Assembly: GCA_036149055.1 (NCBI GenBank)
Contig: JAYZQJ010000153.1
Coordinates: 1 to 17,884, forward strand
DNA length: 17,884 nucleotides
Origin: Myxococcota bacterium
Lineage (GTDB): Bacteria > Myxococcota_A > Polyangia > Polyangiales > Sandaracinaceae
Reading direction: 5' to 3'
The notes under the pieces were generated by a model, which searched no databases, was not told the DNA's origin, and was given only the letters and a program-made list of their open reading frames with translations. The position numbers and the translations under genes were made by a program. Each line of letters starts with the position of its first letter. The stretch's first letter is position 1. Shown piece after piece: positions 6,209-13,590 of this stretch.

Positions 6209-8736
6209 AGACCGCCAAAGGCGACGTCGAGCCCCTCGAGGAGCCGTTCTCGGAGGCGCTCCAGGAGGCGCAGAAGCAGCGGCTGCGGGCCGCGTGGAAG
6301 ACGCCCACCGGCTGGCGCTACTGGTCGGCGGTGAACAACACCGAGGTCGGCGTCTGGTACACCGCGACCGCCTTCGGGTTCTTCCTCTTCGGGGGGCTGC
6401 TCGCCCTGGTGATGCGGGTGCAGCTCGCCGTGCCCGACAACACCCTGCTCGACGCGAACACCTACGACCAGTTCTTCACCCTGCACGGCTCGGTGATGAT
6501 GTTCCTGTTCGCGGTGCCCGTGTTCGAGGCGTTCTCGATCATGGTGCTGCCCGAGATGCTCGGCGCGCGTGACCTGCCGTTCCCGCGCCTGAGCTCCTAC
6601 GGCTTCTGGTGTTACCTCATCGGCGGCGTCTTCGTGTGCGGCTCGCTCTTCTTCGGGCAGGCGCCGATGGGCGGCTGGTTCATGTACCCGCCGCTGACCA
6701 CGCAGTACACCGAGGGCTACGGCGTCGACATCTGGCTGCTCGGCCTCTCGTTCATCGAGGTGGCCTCGATCGCGGCCGCGGTGGAGCTGATCGTCGGCGT
6801 GCTGAAGTGCCGGCCGCCCGGGATGCGCATCAACCTCATCCCGCTCTACAGCTGGTACATCCTCGTGGTCGCGGCGATGATCCTCTTCGCCTTCCCGCCG
6901 CTGATCGCCGGCGACATCTTGCTCGAGGTCGAGCGCGCCTTCGACTGGCCCTTCTTCGACCCCGAGCGCGGCGGCGACCCGCTGCTCTGGCAGCACCTCT
7001 TCTGGATCTTCGGCCACCCCGAGGTCTACATCGTCTTCCTGCCGTCGATCGCGCTGGTGGCGATGATCGTGCCGACTTTCGCGAAGACCCCGATGGTCGG
7101 CTACGGCTGGGTCGTGCTCGCCGCGGTGGGCACCGGGTTCCTCAGCTTCGGGCTGTGGATCCACCACATGTTCACCACCGGGCTGCCCGGCGTGTCGCTC
7201 GCGCTCTTCAGCGCCGCGTCGGAGGCGATCGCGATCCCCACCGGGGTGCAGCTCTTCTGCTTCATCGCGACGCTGCTGGTCGGCCGCGTGAAGATGAAGG
7301 TGCCGATGCTCTTCGTGCTCGGCGGCTTCAGCACCTTCATCATCGGCGGGCTCACCGGGGTGATGGTCGCGTTGGTGCCGTTCGATCTGCAGGCCCACGA
7401 CTCCTACTTCGTCGTCGGCCACCTCCACTCGGTGCTCATCGGGGGGACGATCTTCCCCATCATCGGCGCGGCCTACTACTTCTTCCCGCTCATCGGCGGC
7501 AAGCACCTCTCCGAGAAGCTCGGCCGGCTCTCGTTCTGGCTGATGTTCGTCGGCTTCAACGTGACCTTCGTGCCGATGCACCTCACCGGCCTGCTCGGCA
7601 TGCCGCGCCGGGTCTTCACCTACCCGGAGGAGCTCGGCCTGGGGGCGCTCAACATGGCCTCCACCGTCGGCGCCTTCATCCTCGGCCTCGGCGTCCTGGT
7701 CTTCGTGATCGACGTCTTCCGGCCCAAGAAGAACCAGCCCTACGCGAAGCGAAACCCCTGGGGCGCGGGGACCCTCGAGTGGCTCGCGCCGATGCCGGAC
7801 GAGGCCTGGGGCGTGCGGTCCATCCCCGAGATCGACTCGCGCTACCCGCTCTGGGATCAGCCGAACTTCGTGCGCGACGTCGACGAGGGCCGCTTCTACC
7901 TGCCCGACGCCGAGGAGGGGCTGCGCGAGACCCTCGTGACCAGCCCGGTGGACGCGCAGCCGATCCAGTGCCTGCGGGTGGCCGGCCCGACCTGGCTCGC
8001 GATGATCGCCGCCATCTTCACCGGCGGCCTCTTCATCTTCTCCACGTTCCACATGTACACGCCCGCGCTGATCAGCGGGGCGCTCGCCTTCGTGACCGTG
8101 GTGCGCTGGCTCTGGACGGGCACCGCGGTGATCCCCGAGAAGAAGGAGAAGCACGTCGGCCTCGGGCTGACGCTGCCGCTCTACCGCTCGGGCCCGAAGT
8201 CGGTCGGCTGGTGGGGCATGCTGATCATGATGCTCGGGGACATGACGGCGTTCCTCGCGCTGATCTTCGGCTACTTCTTCTACTGGACCGCCGACACCGA
8301 CTTCGTCACCGCCGATACGCCCGCCCTCGACACCCTCTGGCCCGCGGTCGGCGCGGCGGCCATCGTCGGCTCCTGGCTCGCCACCTACGCGGCCAAGCGG
8401 CTGAACCGACGCACCGCCGCCGGCTTCTACGGGGCCATCGCGGTGGCGCTCGGCCTCGGCGCGCTCGGGTCGTGGGCGCTCCTGCGGGCGCCCGGCGCGC
8501 TCGATCCGACGGCGCACGTCTACCCGGCGATGGTGTGGCTGCTCTTCGGCTGGTCCGCGCTCCACGCGATCGTCGGCGTGATCATGCAGCTCTACTGTCT
8601 CGCCCGCAGGATCGCGAGGCGCATGGACGGCGAGCACGACATCGACATCGTCAACGTCACGCTCTACTGGCACTTCGTGCTCGTGACCGTCGTGATCACG
8701 ACCGCCGTGCTGCTGGGCTTCCCGAGGCTGCTGTGA
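6205..8736 (+). CDS. ctaD: Heme-copper oxidase subunit I fused to a subunit III-like domain
   Basis: FTLHG, WIFGHPEVY (A1-type), WIHHM, HDSYFVVGHLH, GMPRR. The C-terminal ~250 aa is multi-TM with LHAIVG and LYWHFV as in subunit III. ATGA overlap with subunit II. Confidence 0.95.
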   Translation: MKTAKGDVEPLEEPFSEALQEAQKQRLRAAWKTPTGWRYWSAVNNTEVGVWYTATAFGFFLFGGLLALVMRVQLAVPDNTLLDANTYDQFFTLHGSVMMFLFAVPVFEAFSIMVLPEMLGARDLPFPRLSSYGFWCYLIGGVFVCGSLFFGQAPMGGWFMYPPLTTQYTEGYGVDIWLLGLSFIEVASIAAAVELIVGVLKCRPPGMRINLIPLYSWYILVVAAMILFAFPPLIAGDILLEVERAFDWPFFDPERGGDPLLWQHLFWIFGHPEVYIVFLPSIALVAMIVPTFAKTPMVGYGWVVLAAVGTGFLSFGLWIHHMFTTGLPGVSLALFSAASEAIAIPTGVQLFCFIATLLVGRVKMKVPMLFVLGGFSTFIIGGLTGVMVALVPFDLQAHDSYFVVGHLHSVLIGGTIFPIIGAAYYFFPLIGGKHLSEKLGRLSFWLMFVGFNVTFVPMHLTGLLGMPRRVFTYPEELGLGALNMASTVGAFILGLGVLVFVIDVFRPKKNQPYAKRNPWGAGTLEWLAPMPDEAWGVRSIPEIDSRYPLWDQPNFVRDVDEGRFYLPDAEEGLRETLVTSPVDAQPIQCLRVAGPTWLAMIAAIFTGGLFIFSTFHMYTPALISGALAFVTVVRWLWTGTAVIPEKKEKHVGLGLTLPLYRSGPKSVGWWGMLIMMLGDMTAFLALIFGYFFYWTADTDFVTADTPALDTLWPAVGAAAIVGSWLATYAAKRLNRRTAAGFYGAIAVALGLGALGSWALLRAPGALDPTAHVYPAMVWLLFGWSALHAIVGVIMQLYCLARRIARRMDGEHDIDIVNVTLYWHFVLVTVVITTAVLLGFPRLL

Positions 8737-9122
8737 TCGACGACACGCAGGGACCCGAGGAGGAGACGGAGAGCCTGTGGTGGCTGACGGTGGCCCCGGC
8801 CGCCTGGGTCGCGCACCTGCTCGCCTCCTACGCCACGGTCGCGGTGTGGTGCGCGAAGGTCACCGACCGCGACGGCGCGCTCGGCGACGCGCGCTGGATG
8901 GTCGCCGCCTACACCGCGGTCGCGCTCGCGCTCATCGGCTGGGTCGCGGTGCACGGCTTCCGGCGGCACCGCTTCGGCGAGGGCGTGCGCCCGCACGAGC
9001 TCGACACGCCCGGCGACCGGCACCGCTTCCTCGGCTTCGCCACCTTCCTGCTCGCCGGGGTGAGCGCGGTCGCCACCGTCTACGTGTCGCTGGTGGTCGT
9101 CTTCATCGGGAGCTGCCAGTGA
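8733..9122 (+). CDS. Small 3-TM membrane protein of the oxidase operon (129 aa)
   Basis: GTG overlaps the subunit I TGA (GTGA). It is the 3' end of track ORF 6609-9122 and has three hydrophobic segments, with W-x-x-HLLASY..C and a terminal C. Confidence 0.78.
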   Translation: MIDDTQGPEEETESLWWLTVAPAAWVAHLLASYATVAVWCAKVTDRDGALGDARWMVAAYTAVALALIGWVAVHGFRRHRFGEGVRPHELDTPGDRHRFLGFATFLLAGVSAVATVYVSLVVVFIGSCQ

Positions 9123-9754
9123 TCGCAGGTGGGCCGAGCAGACCTGGGCTGACGGGGGGCGGGCTGCTCGTGCTGGCCCTCGCCTGGCTCTGGCCGCTGC
9201 CCCACCTCGGGCTGCCGCCCTTCACCACCCACATGACCATGCACATGGCGGTGGTCGCGGTGGCGGCGCCGCTCCTCGCGCTCGGGGTCGCCGGCACGCG
9301 CGCCGATCTCGTCTTGCGTCGCCCGGCCTGGATGGCCGCGATCCCCGCCTCGCTCGCCGAGCTGATGATCGTCTGGGTCTGGCACGCCCCCGCCTTGCAC
9401 GAGCTGGCCCGCGACCACCTCGCGCTGAAGGCCCTCGAGCAGCTCAGCTTCCTCGCCGCCGGCGTCTGGCTCTGGCTCTCCGCCCTCGGCGGCCGGCCGG
9501 CGCAGCGCCGGGAGCGGGCGACCGCGGGGGTGACCGCCCTGCTGCTGACCGCGATGCACATGACGCTGCTCGGCGCGCTCCTGGTGGTCGCGCCGCGGGT
9601 GCTCTACCCGTGCGTCCGGCTCTGCGGCGGCGTCGACGCGCTCACCGATCAGCACATCGGCGGCGCGATCATGCTCCTGGTCGGCGGCGCGGCGTACCTC
9701 GCGGGCGGGGTGGGCCTGACCGCGGACGTGATCGCCTGGCGGAGGCGCGCGTGA
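9119..9754 (+). CDS. Caa3-type CtaG-like cytochrome c oxidase assembly factor
   Basis: GTGA overlap at the start. HMTMHM, WVWHAPALH, MHMTLLGALL and DQHIGGAIM motifs in a multi-TM protein. Confidence 0.83.
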   Translation: MIAGGPSRPGLTGGGLLVLALAWLWPLPHLGLPPFTTHMTMHMAVVAVAAPLLALGVAGTRADLVLRRPAWMAAIPASLAELMIVWVWHAPALHELARDHLALKALEQLSFLAAGVWLWLSALGGRPAQRRERATAGVTALLLTAMHMTLLGALLVVAPRVLYPCVRLCGGVDALTDQHIGGAIMLLVGGAAYLAGGVGLTADVIAWRRRA

Positions 9755-10824
9755 CGCGGCGGAAGTGGATCGTGCGGGGCGCGATCGCGCTGGCGGCCCT
9801 CGGCGCGCTCGGGGCGGCGGTGATGTTCTCCGGCGTCATCCCGGTCACCGCGAGCTCCGGCCACTGGGACATCACGAAGTGGGTGCTGCACACCGCGATG
9901 CGCCGCTCGGTCGCCACCCACTCGATGGGGCTCGAGGTCCCGGACGACCTCGACGCCGAGGGGCGGGTGCTGGTGGGCGCCGGCCACTACGAGCACGGCT
10001 GCCGCTACTGTCACGGCGCGGTCGGGACGCGCATGCCGCGTGTGCCGGCCGCGATGACGCCCGCGCCGCCCTGGCTCCCGCCCCGGATCCGCGGGCTCGA
10101 CGACGCCGAGCTCTTCTACGTTGTGAAGCACGGGGTGAAGTTCACCGGCATGCCGGCGTGGCCCAGCCAGGTCCGCGACGACGAGGTCTGGTCGGTGGTC
10201 GCGTTCCTCCGCCGCATGCCCGAGATGTCCGACGCGGAGTACCGCCGCCTCACCCGGGTCGAGGGAGACGCCCCTCGGCTCGTCGTCGAGCGCTGCGCCC
10301 GCTGCCACGGCGTCGACGGGCTCAGCCGCGGGGTCGACGGAAGCGCGCCGCGCCTCGCCGGTCAGCGCCCCGCCTACCTCGACGCGGCGCTGCGGGCCTA
10401 CGCGGAGGGCGCCCGCCCGAGCGGCGTCATGGAGCCGCTCGCCGCCGAGCTCTTCGAGGCCGACCGGCGGGTGGTCGTCGACTGGTACGCCTCCCGCCCG
10501 CCGATGCCCGCCGCCGAGCCTCTCGCGGGCGCCGACCTCGAGCGCGGGCAGGCCGTCGCGAGGGACGGCGTGCCGGACGAGCGGGTCGCCGCGTGCAGCG
10601 AGTGTCACGGCCCCGACCCGAGCGAGGAGTCGGAGTCGCACCCCAGGCTCGGCGGCCAGTGGGCCGGGTACCTCGAGAGCCAGCTCCGCCTCTTCGCGGC
10701 CGGCGTCCGGGGCGGCGCGCCGCAGGCCGAGCTGATGGAGGAGGTCGACCCCCACCGCCTGACCGACGCCGAGCTCCGCGACGTCGCCTCGTACTACGCG
10801 AGCGTGCAATCGGCGCACGAGTGA
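9751..10824 (+). CDS. Membrane-anchored triheme c-type cytochrome (monoheme domain plus c4-like diheme)
   Basis: GTGA overlap, N-terminal TM, three CxxCH motifs (CRYCH, CARCH, CSECH), GVKFTGMPAW, and PRLAGQ/PRLGGQ c4-type motifs. Confidence 0.9.
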   Translation: MTRRKWIVRGAIALAALGALGAAVMFSGVIPVTASSGHWDITKWVLHTAMRRSVATHSMGLEVPDDLDAEGRVLVGAGHYEHGCRYCHGAVGTRMPRVPAAMTPAPPWLPPRIRGLDDAELFYVVKHGVKFTGMPAWPSQVRDDEVWSVVAFLRRMPEMSDAEYRRLTRVEGDAPRLVVERCARCHGVDGLSRGVDGSAPRLAGQRPAYLDAALRAYAEGARPSGVMEPLAAELFEADRRVVVDWYASRPPMPAAEPLAGADLERGQAVARDGVPDERVAACSECHGPDPSEESESHPRLGGQWAGYLESQLRLFAAGVRGGAPQAELMEEVDPHRLTDAELRDVASYYASVQSAHE

Positions 10825-10837
10825 TCACGTTGAGCGC

Positions 10838-11374
10838 ATGACCGCGCTGGACACCCTGGCGTCGCGCCTGAGCCTCGGCGATCTCCTGGAGACGCTGCGG
10901 GCCGGCTGGGGCGACTACGAGCTGCTCGCCCACTGGACCCCGCTCCCGGAGGGGGCCTGCGCCCCCTCCCGGCCGACCGGCAAAGCCGGCTCGGCCTCCC
11001 ACCCCATCTAACGCGCTCACGCGCGTTGAAGGTGCGGCGAGGCCGCACCTTCCGGCGAGTTCCACCACGACGTCGTCCTGAAGGTCGACGACCCGAAGAG
11101 CCTGCCCGGGCCGTACCTGGTCGTGGCCACCAACTGCAACGGGGGCGTCAAGGAGGTGCTCTGCTTCGGCGAGCGCCCCGACCGGGAGGCGCTGTGGCAC
11201 TGGCGCTGCCCGGAGGGCGAGTTCGAGGACCGGACGCTGCCCCCGATCCTCGCCCGCGAGGAGACCTGTCACTTCTTCGATCCCTGCGAGCTGCTCGCGG
11301 CCGACGCCCGGAGCGAGCTCCGCCCCGAGCACCGCCGTCGCCAGCGAGGCGGCGGCTGGGAACCCGCGTATTGA
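10838..11374 (+). pseudogene. ~140-aa His/Cys-rich hypothetical gene interrupted by a structured insertion (pseudogene or discontinuous gene)
   Basis: ATG 10838 lies 13 nt after the cytochrome stop. 10838-10939 (MTALDTLASRLSLGDLLETLRAGWGDYELLAHWT) and 11054-11374 (GEFHHDVVLKVDDPKSLPGPYLVVATNCNGGVKEVLC...WHWRCP...HFFDPC...GGGWEPAY) share one frame with near-total G/C third positions. They are separated by a hairpin array containing TAA (11009) and TGA (11027). Confidence 0.72.
10940..11053. mobile_element. Four-hairpin palindromic insertion (REP/RPE/MITE-like), ~111-114 bp
   Basis: HP1 10948-10969 (9 bp), HP2 10971-10996 (11 bp, 1-nt bulge), HP3 11010-11027 (7 bp), HP4 11028-11052 (11 bp). 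No clear TIR or target duplication. Confidence 0.7.
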
Positions 11375-11506
11375 GCCCGCACGAAACGTGAACGCTTCGT
11401 CGCGTTTGTTCGCAAGTCACTGGAATGATTGAAATCGGCGCTCGCTCCAACGCGAGTGGCGGGGCGATCTCCCGGGCGTACGCTGTCCTCCTTTCCGGGG
11501 GGAACG

Positions 11507-12154
11507 ATGAGCGACAGCGATCTGCCGGGGGGGCTCCGGCACAAGGTGCGTCCGCGCTTTCTCACGCCGCGGCGCAGCAGCTGGGTGGGCGCGGTGATCG
11601 ACGGGCTCGGCGCGAGCGCCGCGTCTTCGATCGTGCTGCCGGAGGAGCCGCGGCGGCGGATCGACGGGCTGCCCTACGAGGTCGGCTACGTGCTCGAGCA
11701 CCGCGAGGCGCGCATCCGGATCGGCTGGTGGTGGGCCCGCCAGGAGGGGCTCGCCGAGCGGGGGCTGTACACGCTGGCGATGCACAACCTCTGGAGCGAA
11801 GGGCTGCTGCGCGCCTTCGACCACTACCCGGACCACGGCGCGCCGATCGTCATAGACGACCCGCTCGGCTACGCGGCGAGCGCGGCGCTGCTGTTGCCCG
11901 ACCTGCTCTCGGACGGCGAGGCGCTCATCGCCTTCTCGCTGCGGCCCGGGCAGCTCCTCCTCTTCGCGAGCGACGATCCCGATCTCGACCTGGCGCTGCT
12001 CGAGCTCCGGCAGGGCGGCTTCGACTTCGACGTCGCCCCGATCCCGGAGCCCGTCCGGGTCACCCGTCGCGGCTTCGCCAGCCTCGTCCCCCTGCGCGAC
12101 ACCGTCCGGGACCGGCTCCCCGGAGAGCTCGGCGACACCCCCACACCGCGTTGA
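11507..12154 (+). CDS. Hypothetical protein, DUF1444 (UPF0354)-like
   Basis: ATG 11507 after GGGGGAA, high GC3. The pattern VGYVLE...GL.ERGLYTLAMHNL...DPLGYAASAALLLP...LIAF...QLLLF resembles DUF1444 by eye only. Confidence 0.55.
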   Translation: MSDSDLPGGLRHKVRPRFLTPRRSSWVGAVIDGLGASAASSIVLPEEPRRRIDGLPYEVGYVLEHREARIRIGWWWARQEGLAERGLYTLAMHNLWSEGLLRAFDHYPDHGAPIVIDDPLGYAASAALLLPDLLSDGEALIAFSLRPGQLLLFASDDPDLDLALLELRQGGFDFDVAPIPEPVRVTRRGFASLVPLRDTVRDRLPGELGDTPTPR

Positions 12155-12192
12155 GAAAAACGCGCCCGCGGGGATTGCGGTCGAGGTCCGCA

Positions 12193-12218
12193 GTTTTATG
12201 AAGTGCCCATTCCAAAAC
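12193..12218. promoter_or_regulatory. Candidate TetR operator upstream of the SDR-TetR operon
   Basis: AT-rich imperfect palindrome GTTTTATGAA-gtgccca-TTCCAAAAC in a GC-rich background. TTGCGG at 12175-12180 and GGAGG RBS at 12232-12236. Confidence 0.55.
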
Positions 12219-12243
12219 ACGCCGTACGGCGGGAGGAGTGGAC

Positions 12244-12987
12244 ATGAGCCGATTTCAGGGACGCAACGTGGTCATCACCGGGGGCTCGGGGGGCATCGGC
12301 AAGGCGACCGCGGCCAGGGTGGTGAGCGAGGGCGGCAAGGTGCTCATCACTGGCACCAACCAGGAGAAGCTCGATCAGGCCGCGCGCGAGATCGACGGCG
12401 TGATCCCGTTCGTGAACGACGCGGGGGATCCGGAGAGCGCGCTCGCGCTCGCGGAGGCGGTCGAGACGCACCTCGGCCAGGTCGACGGGCTGTTCCTCAA
12501 CGCGGGCTATGGCGAGCTGGTGTCGCACGATCAGGTGACGGTCGCGCAGTTCGATCGACAGTACGCCGTCAATGTGCGTGGACCGATTCTTCAGGTGCGC
12601 GCGCTCGCGGGGCTCCTCCGGGACGGCGGCTCCATCGTGCTCAACACGTCGGTGGTGCAGTCCGTCGGCATGCAGGGCGGCATCCTCTACGGCTCGTCCA
12701 AGTCCGCGCTCCGCAACGTCACGCGCGTCCTGGCCGCCGAGCTGGCGCCGCGGATCCGGGTCAACGCGGTGAGCCCGGGCCCGGTCTCGACCGACTTCTT
12801 CGCGCGGACGGGCTTGCCCGAGGAGCAGACCGCGCAGCTCGCGGAGGGCATCCTCGCGCAGGTCGCGCTGAAGCGCTTCGGCGAGGCGTCCGAGATCGCC
12901 AGCGCGGCCGCGTTCCTCCTGTCGGACGACGCCTCCTTCGTCACCGGGAGCGAGCTCGTGGTCGACGGCGGCATCACGCAGGTGTAG
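12244..12987 (+). CDS. Short-chain dehydrogenase/reductase
   Basis: TGGSGGIGK Rossmann motif, NAG, catalytic S and YGSSK, IRVNAVSPG, VTGSELVVDGG. RBS spacing favours ATG 12244. Confidence 0.95.
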   Translation: MSRFQGRNVVITGGSGGIGKATAARVVSEGGKVLITGTNQEKLDQAAREIDGVIPFVNDAGDPESALALAEAVETHLGQVDGLFLNAGYGELVSHDQVTVAQFDRQYAVNVRGPILQVRALAGLLRDGGSIVLNTSVVQSVGMQGGILYGSSKSALRNVTRVLAAELAPRIRVNAVSPGPVSTDFFARTGLPEEQTAQLAEGILAQVALKRFGEASEIASAAAFLLSDDASFVTGSELVVDGGITQV

Positions 12988-12996
12988 CCCTTCCAG

Positions 12997-13590
12997 GTGG
13001 GCCGACCCCGCAAGATGTCGCGCGAAGAGACCCTCGAGCTGGCGCTGCAGCTCTTCTGGCAGCGCGGGTTCGAGGGGACCTCGATCGGTGAGCTCTCCCG
13101 CGCGATCGGGGTCGGGCCTTCGAGCCTCTACAACACCTTCGGCAGCAAGAACGAGCTGTTCCGGGAGTGCCTCGAGGCCTACACGGCGCGGGAGGGCGCC
13201 TTCGTGCGCGACTCGCTGGCGAAGGACGACGCGGTCGAGGCCCTGACCGCGCTCCTCCGCAGCGCGGCCGCCCGCTTCACGCGCGAAGACCAGCCCCGGG
13301 GCTGCGCCGTGCTCACCGCGCCGAACCCCGATCGGGTCGAGAACGCCGACGTCGAGGCGCTGCTCCGCGACCTGCGCCGCCAGACGCTCTCGATGATCGA
13401 CGCCCGCGTCCGCCGTGGCGTGGAGGAGGGTGACCTGGCGGCGGACACCGACGTCGCCAACCTCGCGCGTTACGTCTACGGCGTGATGCAGGCGCTCTCC
13501 GCGCAGGCCCGCGACGGGGCGGACCCGGACGCGCTCGGCGCCTTCGCCGAGCTCGCGCTCCAGGTCGTCGAGCGAGCCCGCGCGATTTAG
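12997..13590 (+). CDS. TetR/AcrR family regulator (ComR/NemR-like)
   Basis: GRPR start, ALQLFWQRGFEGTSI...SLYNTFGSKNELF HTH, PRGC motif, ALSAQARDG. Confidence 0.93.
   Translation: MGRPRKMSREETLELALQLFWQRGFEGTSIGELSRAIGVGPSSLYNTFGSKNELFRECLEAYTAREGAFVRDSLAKDDAVEALTALLRSAAARFTREDQPRGCAVLTAPNPDRVENADVEALLRDLRRQTLSMIDARVRRGVEEGDLAADTDVANLARYVYGVMQALSAQARDGADPDALGAFAELALQVVERARAI

Noticed and set aside
6187..8673. Very long antisense and alternate-frame ORFs (e.g. 6187-8673 -, 6609-8732 +, 185-1252 +, 1357-2892 +, 12196-13704 -)
   Set aside because: Shadow ORFs expected in high-GC coding DNA. They are Arg/Pro/Gly-rich, carry no motifs and overlap well-supported genes.
10940..11053. tRNA, CRISPR array, SECIS-directed selenocysteine readthrough, or group I/II intron
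   Set aside because: No cloverleaf or T-loop and no repeat-spacer periodicity. A TAA precedes the TGA in frame. The element is too short and has no recognisable group I/II core motifs.
11413..11438. Possible FNR or IHF site in the AT-richer spacer (ATGAT-tgaa-ATCGG; CAAGTCACTGGA)
   Set aside because: Too many mismatches to either consensus, and not upstream of the oxidase operon.
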